DNA of 20,000 nt, from positions 171,366 through 191,365 of the forward strand of contig JYFJ02000044.1 in the NCBI GenBank assembly GCA_000934665.2, read 5' to 3'. This DNA is from Catajapyx aquilonaris (Eukaryota). The translations under genes were made by a program, and so were the position numbers. Positions 1 through 10,438 of the stretch are shown piece by piece (the stretch's first letter is position 1; each line of letters begins with the position of its first letter). Below the pieces are notes generated by a model. The model did no database searches. It saw only the letters and a list, made by a program, of their open reading frames with translations, and was not told where the DNA came from.

Positions 1-458
1 CTTAAAAAAAAGAGCCCGCAAATTTGTGTGCAGTTAGTTTCAAGAGGCGGATAACCCCTCCCTGAATTGGCTTCCAATCGGCTTCTTCCGGAAGCAGGAA
101 ATTGCTGATTTTCAACCCCCTCCGGAAAATCCTGGCGATCCATTTAAAACGTATGTCCACGGGACTAGAAATTTCTTTTGGTGTTAGGCAGCAAATGGAC
201 CTATAAAAGGTATGCAAATAACTTGGCTATAAAAATGTACGTTTCAGGATGCAAAGCTTTGCTCCGCATTATCATAATTCATTGATCATTTAGGACCCCC
301 TCGATATGATCCCTGCGCGAGCGTTAAACTTTATACGCCGACGAGGAGGACACTTGCCATCCAAATTAACCGTCCCCGTTTTGAATAGCTTCTCCGATAG
401 TTGCAGCCAATAATTCAGCGTGGAGTCTTGTGAAGGAAGTTTGGTTGAAGTTGTGTTG

Positions 459-1560
459 CTATCGGCAGATGGCGGTTGAAAAAGTGGTTTGGACACAGTG
501 TGGGTGGCCCCTCTGTGGGTGTCTCCTCTGTGGATATCCCCCTCTGTGGGTATCCTCCTCTGTGGATATCAGTATGCGATAGGGCTTGTGTTGATGAATC
601 TGTCTGTGGTCGAGGTAGCCACTGCTGTGGTGGACACACCGGTGGGAAAAACGTGAGGATGGAAATGACACATCTGCCTCAGGCGGTGCTTGTGTCGAGG
701 CAATGTTCCAGTTCAGGAGTGGAAAATCCTCAATGGTAATATCGGTTCTGGAAATGTGTCGTTTTTGCGTGCGGGAGACATTGGTATAATTGGGCTCGTG
801 GATTGTTTGTTGCCGTGCAAATTGCGACCACAGGATTTGCTGGCCGTGCTTAAAATTCGATGGAAAGTAATTAACAATATGCTGTTTGGGGAGGAAAATG
901 TCACTCTTTGTGAACGGCACCCGATGTAATTGGGTTAACGGAAGCGTGCGTTATTGCTCGATTGTTTTTGCAAGCGATAAATTGTTGTTGCCAACTACCA
1001 CATTCTCTAGCTCCAGAATGTGATAACACATTTGGGATGCTCAAAATTCCAGCTGGAGACATCGACGCAACAATGTCCTGGTTAGAAAAATTCTTCCACT
1101 ATTTTTTTTTTGCGCCGTTCCGGCTGCGTCTCATTACAGGATTTAATGAAAAGGAGTGTTGCCCGAACTTTTGACTCTAAGCTATTTGATTTAGCTGGAG
1201 GTTCTAATTTCAATCAGGTGGAAGCTTCCCCTCGAGAAGAAGGAACTGCCTGGATCTCACAACACATTAATCTCGCTTTTCTGTGGAGGCAGACATGTTT
1301 ATGAAGAGAGAGTTGGATTTATCGACGTGTACGCCAAATCAGAGGACATTTGGTGGGGGCTGGAAAATCTGTGGTTTCCAACAAAGTTTTCTCCACTGCT
1401 GTCACCCTCCCTTTTAAATAATCCATCATAACTCCAGATTAGGTTGCATGGGCAAGAGGCACTTTCACTGATAGACAGCAATTGAAACTTCTTCTCAGGA
1501 GCGCAAAACTTTCGCCCTCCAACCCCTTGAACCAACCCCCACTCTACAGAGTTGTAAATC
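459..1560 (-). pseudogene. Possible second degenerate ORF remnant
   Basis: The 153-aa ORF 459..920 plus an upstream stop-interrupted frame (..SKVRATLLFIKSCNETQPERRKKKIVEEFF*PGH..) show weak pattern similarity to the 4299-6188 remnant. No recognisable family. Confidence 0.2.
510..570 (+). repeat. Short tandem repeat, about 16-nt unit CCTCTGTGGRTATCCY x4
   Basis: Units cctctgtgggtgtct / cctctgtggatatccc / cctctgtgggtatcct / cctctgtggatatc. Confidence 0.9.
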
Positions 1561-1845
1561 AATTTTGGTGCCTAGTTTGTAGTAAGGCCCATCATCTCCC
1601 TGTCTTGTCTAGAGCCTGGCAGATCAATGACTCAATTTGTACCTCACAGAAAAATTCTTACGCTACAAAAAAATATATAGTTAATCATGATAGTAAATTT
1701 GCAAAGTTATCTATCTTCCATGACGTCCAAAGAATATTACCTCTCGGCAAGTGCCGCAAACTTGGTCCAAATTGTCAGCTGCATTGCTCATCAAAGCTGG
1801 TCTTTTCTCCAAAGCGAAGGACATAACGTCTTCTCTTATATCAGT

Positions 1846-1860
1846 GGGGGGGGGGGGGGN
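1846..1860. repeat. G14 homopolymer ending in an ambiguous base (N)
   Basis: Read directly; the N at 1860 suggests local assembly uncertainty. Confidence 0.9.
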
Positions 1861-4298
1861 AGGGAAAAGGAGGCCATTTACCCCCTTTCCCGTACTCCTT
1901 GTCATGCATAGGCTTGGAATTATCATAATGGAGCAGTTTCACTATGCCGAGGAAAAAGGCGGGGTAAAAAGTCACCAAGAGTGTCTCCAGAGTCTCTTTG
2001 TGCGGCATATTGGAGCCTCTGCGAATATTTTACGAGCCTGCACATGCACTGACTTTATATAAGCCTCCCTCTCTGGATTGTCAATTATTCAGCCAGACGT
2101 TCTGATACACCCTCCCTGTTGGCTTGTGAAGGTGATAAATAAGTTGTAATTATGGGCTCAGGACTGTGGTGTACTAAAGAGACATTCTCGGAGACATTAG
2201 TAGACAGGAGCATCATTTTGAATATATGTTTGTCTGATGCGGTGGGGTGGTTTATACAAATTTATGACCATTTTTTCAAAGGTGACGTCAAGCTTTAGGT
2301 TCCTGTCAGTAAAGATAAACGTTCACCTTTGGTGGGTGAAAAAATCCCTCGTCAAAACTGATTTGGGGTTTTGGCTGCTGCTATAGCTAAGTCACCAAGT
2401 GCTTTGGCACTGCTTTGTGTTGCCCAGCTGCGGCGGAAGCGATAGCAGCTCACTTAATATCGAATTTATGCCGGTATAGGAAAATATTATTTTTCAAAAT
2501 ATTGCGCTTTTTTGCTTATTGATAACAAACGGGGTAATTCTTGTTATCAACTAGAGTAGGCCTATGATGAATATCGGAATCAAAATCCTTTGATCATTAA
2601 ATCGCTCCGACTGTCAATAGCGCCGCTTAGTCTGGGGGCAATGTAATATGGCAAAACATCACAGCATAAATATCATTGGCTAAACTACCGGATTCGATTT
2701 AATGAATTATCCAGTACCCACACTGCATTTTGCCCCTGCCTGATATGCATTTTACTACACAGAATAGTCGAAAGGTTAGCCCTGAAGAATCAGGATATAA
2801 ACAACCTCTTGAATTCATTTTTTCAAAATAATTTTGTGTGGAAACAGCCCTGAAAACCCTGGCAATTAGGACTCTTTACGTGAACGTTACGATGCCTCCT
2901 CCAACTATAGGGTGGCCCATAAATGGTGTGGGAAAAGCTTATCTCGGAGCATGTAAAGGGATTGGCATAAGCGGCTGGAATTGGGAAGCATTCGTGTGCT
3001 TCATTTCCGTAGTGCCGATTCAGCTAGAAGCCTTTTGTTCTGGCCTTACAATCACGGCAAATGAGCTGACTGGCAGTTACAGTACTTAAGCACTGCATAA
3101 TGCTTTCTCATTAAAGGCCTTGACTGGAAAGGCCTGTCAGGTGACGTGGAACAATTTTCGCTTCCCCTAACTTCAATAACACCTTTCTTCATTCTGACAA
3201 CTTCCTCTTACCTTCAAAACGTTTACCTAGTTCGCACCGTAGATCAAGTTACTCCCAAAGTGTTTGCGGATTTTTCAGTCATCCGGCGTTTAAGCCACTG
3301 CCGCTTAATGAAGCTTCAACTTGCAAACTATGCTAATAAATCGCTTTGCATCGCAGTCACCCGAATCGGCCCCTGTTTGATCGCATAGTGTGAAGCTTCC
3401 CCACCATCACAAGCCTAATATTGTTGAATTTGAATACCGCTACACAGCTCCCCCCCGTCAACGGAATTTTACCTGGGCTAAAGAAGGATGCTTATGCATT
3501 GGCTCGCATTACTCGTAATTGCTTTTGTGTGCTTTGAAGCCATTTACGGTGCTGCTCGTATTCACATAGTAACCCCACACCATAGTGTTACGTGAGTATG
3601 CACAGGGCGCGATATTTGGGAAGGGTTTGAACCAATCAATTTTTCAGTAGACCATACTATAATTCTATCTAATATTCAGCACTAGGCAGTGTTATCGTGC
3701 TCTCTGCGCTGTATACAATGGCTGAATTAAATGAAAAGTATAAGTGGCAATCTACCCCCGCGTGATTTACTGGTCTCTCCAAAACCACCGTACAGACAGC
3801 AGCAGAGGTATAAATCATCTTCAAATGTCTTTCTGCTTCCCGTCTACGACGCTTCAACTTTTTGAAGACCTCATTTAGGATCCCCCACATTTTCGACCAG
3901 CTCCTCATTATCAAAGGGTATATTACACGATCACGCTCATTATGATTCCACGACTTCCAACAATTTCATTTACTCCCACCTGAAAATTACGGGTTCTCCA
4001 AGACGTCATTATGAATCCATAATGAGTCAAAATTTCCCTCCTTTGTATATACGCAACACTGAAAGCAAACATTATTTAAAAACTCCCAAATTAACACTGT
4101 GACAAAATGCAAATGACCTTTCAAGAAATTACATCCATAATTTATATAACATCGCACATATTTGCACCTCTCTAGACTCTCATGCGAAAGATCAATTTGG
4201 AAAATCCCCCCCCCCCTTCCCAGTAAATGTCAATCGATTTCCTCGCTTTCGAGAGTAGCGAGAGCTATTACTTGATAATGAGCGAGCAGAAAGGTTGG

Positions 4299-6188
4299 TC
4301 ACCGAGAATCCTGTTCCCCCAAGAGGATTAGCGGAATCAGGGTGGCGTGTTGCTGGAAATCAGGTGCTGGAAACACTCCCTCAGGAGGATTCAAACCCTG
4401 CTGCTTTTGGCCCAGAGGAATTTCTATCAGTCCGGACTCCCAGTATATATGGAAACTAGTGTTAATTGAGTCACACCGCCTGAATGTCAAATCAGATCCA
4501 ACCTTGTATCGTGTTATCTCTTTACTAATATAATTTTGCAGCTCTTCAAAATTTGGGTCGGACACGGGTGTGACTAGGATGAAAAGCGGGTCATGAATAC
4601 ACTTTTTTGCAGACATCAAACGTTGAGGTTCTGGCAGCACTTTAAAAGGGCCAGGGCGTTTAACTCGTTAAAAATGTAGCGGTTTGAACCTAGCGAGAAT
4701 TACAATTAAGCAGTTCCGCCAAATGGAGCCAACTCTTCATTATTTGAACCACTATCTTTCTTCTAATAGGCTTATTCTCTCCGTCGGATGTTTGTCCGAC
4801 CTGATAGTATCGCTATCGACATGAAGGTGGCAGGGCTGTGCAGAGGGCGCCATCTATGCGTGAGGAGTAGTACCATGTGGTAAATCGGCGGGCCATCTCA
4901 ATAACGTTGTTTCATTGTCACTGTCATACTGATTTGCAAAATTTTGGCAACGTGTTCACTAGTGTTCTGTATAATCTGCACACAAAGAGGGCCAGGTCGT
5001 GACTTAAGGCGATTGACTTCCAACATTCCTTGTGTTGACACTGTTGAGCTAGAGCAAGCAGTTCCCTTTGGCAGAAAAGTGTTTTTAAGTATAAAAAGAA
5101 GAGAGAAGGGGGGATACATAATACACCCTATTGGCTCCAGGGCTCTTTGTTGGCCCTTTGTCTGGCAGAAAAGGGACAATCGACCCTTCCTATTCTTTAT
5201 ACCGATCGTTTTGCCAGCACAAAGAGGTGGGCCGGAGGAGCCAAAGTTTGACGAGGTGAACCCCTCACAGTTATCTCTCTTAAACGACATGCAACTGTAA
5301 TAGAGTTTGGGGGGGTGTCAAGGCGCTTTATCGCCCGCCCAACTTGAAGAGGCCACTCTTGGAAGGAAACCTTGTCTGCCAATCGCCTTCGAAAAGTGAT
5401 AAAAAGTATTGCCTTTTTTGGAACCCTGCTCCTTCAGAAATTGCTCCTTTATCGGAGGCGTATTGTTTGAGGTCACCTTGGCTCTGGGTCAACGATTCAA
5501 ACCCAATTGATTTCAACTCGGTGGGCTTTAGGTGCTGCTGCAACACTTGCTGCAGTGCAGCTCTGGTGATCTGACGGGTGCAGCCAGGAAGGAAAACCGC
5601 CAGTGACTATCCAGCGTGAGGAAATGAGCTAGGGCTTAGGAGACTGGAAGCAAAAGTTTGGACAGTGGTTGCGTGCGTTGAATCGTGACACGAGCCGGAG
5701 ATGGCCAACTTTTGTCTCAAAACCGCTCCAGCTCTGGGATTATCATCGTTGATGCACACCTCTGCCGGATGCTGCACCTAGCGTCTTCTCCTAATGCCAG
5801 AGAAAGCCTTTATTAGCAGCTCTAAATAATGCCCATCAGTTGTGAAGCATCTAAGCAAAAGGACACCTGATGCATGAAACTGAGATATTATTAATGAAAG
5901 TGTCGTATTAGACTTAAATATGGCTGCAGATGTTGAAGAATTAAACTATTCATCAAAATATTAATTTCTCATTTATCAGTCAACCAACTCTTTCATGAAC
6001 TTATCTATATTCATTTTCGCGATGTATCGATATTCATGCAGGTTACGTCCTGAGCCGTGATTGGCTCCTAACTCCTTCACACAGTCAGAATATAGATACA
6101 GAAACAGTGTTCTATTTCCTACAATGAATGAGGTGGACTGCATGTAACATACGATTTTTTTTTCTGAATTGTTGCCCTTTTGTTCCAC
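4299..6188 (-). pseudogene. Degenerate ORF of unknown origin (pseudogene or decayed retroelement ORF1-like) in the receptor intron
   Basis: ORF-track pieces 5976..6188 and 5328..5546 share one frame, with 6 internal stops over about 287 codons. One base fewer in the G7 run at 5309-5315 joins them to ORF 4898..5290. Removing 4656-4987 plus one copy of AGGGCCAGG joins that in frame to ORF 4299..4640. Confidence 0.42.
4656..4987. mobile_element. Putative 332-bp insertion flanked by a target-site-duplication-like direct repeat
   Basis: AGGGCCAGG at 4647-4655 and 4988-4996 (13 bp with one mismatch if extended). Excision restores a reading frame. No clear terminal inverted repeats. Confidence 0.4.
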
Positions 6189-8387
6189 ATTTTGGCTCTA
6201 GGTCCACTTGGGCAATTGCACAGTGCACATTTTTTAAACCCCCGGAGCTCGAAATGGATATCATCAATTGCAGCCCCCCAGTTTTTATCTGGGACATTCC
6301 GTTTGGCGGGATGGGGGCTACATGAGAACAATGTTAAACACCTCCATTTCAGGTTTGCGTTACTTTTAGAGCTGCGTATTGTATGGCCGTGGCGCGATAT
6401 GAACTGACTGAATGCGCATGAATTGACGGCCGGCACAATATGATGCACAAGGGACATGAACACCAGGGTTTACACACACAAAAAAGTGGGGGGTGACGGG
6501 GAATAATTTCAAAGCCTACAAATGGCTACCTAGGGTTAGCCATTCATAATTCATCGTAGCACTCGTTTAACAATATTAATTGCATTAATTTCACTGAATC
6601 AAAGTTACGGGTTTGATTTTCAGCCGGTAACTCCAGCACTGTTAATTACCACAAGGGTAATAAATGTCAGACCTGTCACATTTTTTTGCATATATGCGCG
6701 TCTATTTTTTTCTCTAAAGCTGCGTGACGTTAATTATGAAACCGACTGGGTCTGACTTGATTAGAGCCTGCATGTGTGTGAATAATAATAGAATCACCCT
6801 GTTTACGATGCCACCTTTGGACGAAGCAAGTGCCAATTGAGGGCCAGTTGTGGGGCCCTCCGGTTTCGGCCGATTAAATTCGACTACAAATTCAAAGCAA
6901 GTGCGGTCTGCCTGCATGCCAAGTGGACGTGTGAAGCTTGTAGCACTGCCCATTAGCGGAATTGGTTTTGTGGCGACCAATGCTCAACTACATGATCACA
7001 CCCTTCATTTGGCGGTATACGTTTGCGTTGGAGAGAAACGGAAACTTGGGCGGAAAAGTTGCAGAAGTGATCACTGACCTGTCAGTGGTTGGAAAGCTTG
7101 GTTATTAAATCCTAGTTTACGAGCCTTCCCACACTTGCATTGTGATCTTTTACGTGGCAACATCCGGAAATCCCTAAAAAGAGGATCAATCTGATCCACT
7201 CTACGCACTTAGAGGGCTTTCTTTGGATTTCCATTGGAAATGAGACCAAATGGCACCCTTTTTTTTGAAAGTCCGCATTGCCGCCTTTTGTGTAGCTGCC
7301 TGGTGTTTTACGACTTGCTGGAAAAGTCACTGGCCTCACCTAACATTTGCATTGTCAAGTTGACAGGTCGACGCGACACCAAAGAGACTGTGGAGAATGA
7401 CAGTCTGCAGGGAAATCTTCTGTGACAGAACAATTTGTTGTCTTGACGATTGGCAGGGGTCAGATGTGTACCCACCAAAGAATTTACAACAATTTGCAAG
7501 TTTGGACAACAATCAGATCACTGTTCTTGTCGGGCTGTACTTTGCTTTAACCGCCATTTTTTGCGCATACATCACATATTTACCCATCACTATGTATCTA
7601 CAATCTAAGCGACATAACCTGGACCATCAAGCAGTACGCCCTCCTTATATTTTTCATCCAATGAGCCCTCAATGCCATCCAAAAGTACAGCAAAGGGAAT
7701 TAAGATAACAAAGCACTGCCCTCTGCTATATGAACTAGTCTACTACGCGGCAATAAATTATTCAGCATGGACGTCCCGGGCAATGTTTCCTACCTTACCG
7801 CGACTGTACGTCCCCGATATTATAGGCCCATATCCATATACCCTCCGCCGACATTTTCGGCGCATTGTGCACGGTTTATGCCAGTATAAAGTAAAGCTTG
7901 TGAATATCGTTCTGAAACGCACGCTCTCCAGGCACATAATATGCATGATCCTCCAAAGGGCGGCGGATTCTGCTCCCAAATATATTCTACATACTAATCC
8001 TCTATATTTTGTATGTGGGGTGCATTCAGAGATAAGCGCATTTTATAAATGAGCCCAATCGACAGTTTTGACCGCAAGTGGAACTGTGGCTGGAATATCC
8101 GGAAAATAGGGAACGAAAGGCAGGGAGTGTGAAACGGCTCCCAGAATGTGCAATGAAAGAAAATAACCCCCCCTACGCTTTACGACTAGGCCCAAGGATA
8201 AGAGCATCTGAACAAGCTTTACGACCCTTCCTTTTACTTGTCTCTACCACACCCAACCAAGAAGAAAGACGCTCAGCACCTTTAAGAGGAAAATATTGTA
8301 TTTTATTCTCTCGACCCCTGCTCCTTTTAACGCCTACGTGGATCCATGCACCGTACTAAAAAATTAATGTATTGTGCAGGTACGTAC

Positions 8388-8521
8388 CTCATACACAGCT
8401 CCAAGGGGCATGACGAGACAGGCCACCATGAGATCCGCCACAGCCAAGGAGACTATCAGATAGTTGGCCACGCTTTGCAAGTTGCGTTCCATCAAAATGG
8501 CCGCAATTACAAACACGTTCC
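8388..8521 (-). CDS. 5-HT1: 5-HT1-like receptor, coding exon 3 (end of TM1, ICL1, TM2)
   Basis: Acceptor tttttgttcatttcag| and donor GAG|GTACGT. Translates (G)[44 protein letters not shown], which from recall closely matches the corresponding segment of arthropod 5-HT1A/5-HT1B receptors. The A/B subtype cannot be resolved from this fragment. Confidence 0.96.
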
Positions 8522-8643
8522 CTGAAATGAACAAAAATGCCAAACTTATAATTTGGAATGTCGGAGTAAATATTTTTTGGAAGGACGTAATCGGAGACCG
8601 AATGTGGCAGGGGTAGGGGAACGCTGCACCAACCTACCCGATG

Positions 8644-8712
8644 ACCTATCCTTCCTTTCCGGCGGATACATGCTATCCTTCAGTGGATACACATGTATCC
8701 TTCAGCGGATAA
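8644..8712 (+). repeat. Tandem self-complementary repeat (YGGATAC..TATCCTTCAG, 21-22-nt units)
   Basis: cggatacatgctatccttcag (8663-8683), tggatacacatgtatccttcag (8684-8705) and partial flanking copies. Each unit folds GGATA/TATCC. Confidence 0.8.
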
Positions 8713-9191
8713 ACGCCTAGGAGAGTAGGTAAAAGTGCGGGGTCTTCCGATACGAAAGCGTAGCCTATTTTTTGAAAAATATTCTTTGGGACGATGCGAC
8801 CGTGGGGAAAGGGACGGAGGCCTCTGCCCTTTTCACCCTTCACTTGTGTGAGAGATTTTGATAGGACAGGCTATGAATTTTAATACCGGAGAAGACTAGG
8901 ATGGGAAGTGAGTTCAGGTAGTATAGGGAGATATGGTATGGCGGGGGAAGGGAAGGAGGGAAAATGTGCTGGAGGAGAGTGGATCCACGTTCATTATCTT
9001 TGAAAGCCGAGTTCCTCCTGATTCTGCCAATTTTGTGAGCGGAAACTTTACAGGAGGAACTTGTAGGCGGGCCAATTGCCTTATTTTGTGCCTTGTTTTT
9101 GTTCCATGTTTTTCTATGCTGAGGGGGGTGCAGTTTTACCTAAAATAAAGTGTCTGTTGTAGAGAAGTAAAATCTGAAGGTGCATGTAGGC

Positions 9192-9192
<1 letters not shown>

Positions 9193-9249
<57 letters not shown>
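9193..9249. repeat. (ATT)19 microsatellite in receptor intron 2
   Basis: Perfect trinucleotide run read directly. Confidence 0.98.
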
Positions 9250-9251
<2 letters not shown>

Positions 9252-9618
9252 AGTACCGTATGCAGAAAATAGTTGTGTTAAGCTGCTACAGGGCTAATGA
9301 AGAGCTCATAGTTGAGCTATTTTAGGGATTTTGTTGCATAATGCGATTCATATTTCAAGCATTTCTGCATGTTTTAGCATTATGAATGTTTTAATCGTGA
9401 CGTGCAATTCTTGAGTAAGTGTTTTTGCGGATGCTGTACATTGTTTAAGCCATTTAAGGTTACGGAGCGGAGATATTATTAGTTCGTTTGGGATACAGTT
9501 GCGACGTGGTAAAAAGTGTGGTTGAAAACGAGTTATTCTAGTAAACGCTACAAAAATATTTGCCGTATTATTTATGACAGCAAAAGGCCGCTACACATAC
9601 TGTGGAGCAATCAAGTTG

Positions 9619-9711
9619 AACCACGTGGTTTTTCTGATTGTTCGCCATTTAATGGCGAACAATCAGAAAAACCAGAAAAAATTATGGACAACTTTTGTCC
9701 ATAATTTTTTC
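9619..9711. repeat. Cluster of three abutting or overlapping perfect inverted repeats
   Basis: AACCACGTGGTT palindrome (9619-9630); 24-bp arms 9626-9649 / 9651-9674 with a 1-nt spacer; 17-bp arms 9675-9691 / 9695-9711 with a CTT spacer. Confidence 0.95.
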
Positions 9712-9814
9712 GAATTGTCCTTGTTGATTTTGTGAGGTTCCCTATCAATAATTAGATAATCCCTTGTGTGTGTGAATGGGCCTTGGCTTGCATCATAATA
9801 TATTTAGAACCTAC

Positions 9815-9990
9815 CAATGACTGTGGCGAGAATCATGAGGCCTAGGACCACCGACGTCAGGCCCATGACAAGCCAGTCGGTGTTCGGTTCCAGCCAGGTG
9901 CCGTTGCCAGACGTTCCATTGGCCAAGGACTCGTTGCACAAACCAGCAACTGCCAAGGATCCGTTGCACGCCAGCAGATCCCAAGCAGAG
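9815..9990 (-). CDS. 5-HT1: 5-HT1-like receptor, coding exon 2 (glycosylated N-terminus + TM1)
   Basis: Pyrimidine-rich acceptor (ttttttccccctccag|) and donor TTG|GTAGGT. Translates SAWDLLACNGSLAVAGLCNESLANGTSGNGTWLEPNTDWLVMGLTSVVLGLMILATVI-G, with four N-x-S/T sequons followed by a hydrophobic TM1. Confidence 0.93.
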
Positions 9991-10348
9991 CTGGAGGGGG
10001 AAAAAAATGAAGAGAAAAATCATCATTTTTTCAAAATGCCATTGACCCGCGATCTCAGGAAGAAGCGAACGCGTGTTTCAAATCAATTCGAAATAGCATG
10101 GTGAGCTATATGGGTGCGGAAACAGGAACACAATCGTGAAAGTATCTTGGGAATCATTTATCTTTTCTCCTAGAAGCTCTCCAGGGAGCCCTAAGACAAG
10201 TTTCTTACTCTCCTTCTTTTTTTTCCTCCCACTGTTTTTTTCCCCTTTTCCTGCCTTCTCGTTTATCACTATTTAATCTGACCAAAAAGTCCTTGCACAT
10301 GCAATTATTTAGCGTTCTAACCATTAATCAGTTTCGATTTCATCTCAC

Positions 10349-10386
10349 CTGAAGGAGACATTGTCCAACTGCAGCGTAATGTCCAT
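10349..10386 (-). CDS. 5-HT1: 5-HT1-like receptor, first coding exon (MDITLQLDNVSF + AG of a split Ser codon)
   Basis: ATG in strong context (GCCATGG) with an in-frame upstream TGA. Strong donor CAG|GTGAGA at 10349/10348. Phase 2 matches the next exon (AG+C = Ser). Encodes an NVS N-glycosylation sequon. Confidence 0.82.
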
Positions 10387-10438
10387 GGCAAGCAGCGGGA
10401 CCCCATCTAATCACGTCGCACGAAAATGTCCGGGCTTC
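10387..10438 (-). other. 5'UTR part of the first coding exon of the receptor
   Basis: Acceptor-like gaattctttacag| at 10439/10438, 52 nt upstream of the ATG. Contains an in-frame TGA and an out-of-frame ATG at 10406. Confidence 0.6.

Larger units (their letters stand above)
1..8387 (-). other. Large intron of the receptor gene (continues past the window edge)
   Basis: Starts at donor GTACGT (8387). By eye I found no sequence encoding the expected next exon (..CD.W...DVLCCTASI.HL.AIA.DRYW..) in 1-8387. Confidence 0.75.
8388..10438 (-). other. 5-HT1: Visible span of a spliced 5-HT1-type serotonin receptor gene (partial; 3' part lies beyond the left window edge, upstream 5'UTR exon(s) not located)
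   Basis: Three exons with canonical GT-AG junctions and matching phases (2, 1, 0) join into a 348-nt open frame of 116 aa. It contains the TM1 GN motif and TM2 SLAVADL motif of aminergic GPCRs. Introns are 9991-10348 (358 nt) and 8522-9814 (1293 nt). Confidence 0.92.

Noticed and set aside
510..570. This array (and the one at 8663-8712) as a CRISPR-like array
   Set aside because: No unique spacers, only 2-4 units, eukaryotic context and no cas genes.
1846..1860. G-run as a functional G-quadruplex
   Set aside because: Simple homopolymer abutting an N, so its length is unreliable.
3669..3981. Acceptor-like gtaattttcag| near 3981 as the missing TM3 exon
   Set aside because: All three frames hit stops quickly and none encodes CD.W / CCTASI / DRYW.
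7397..8052. Two consecutive plus-strand ORFs (103 and 126 aa)
   Set aside because: No family features or convincing splice structure; antisense within the intron.
9811..10104. ORF-track entries 9811..10026 (-) and 9817..10104 (+)
   Set aside because: Wrong-frame and antisense shadows of receptor exon 2.
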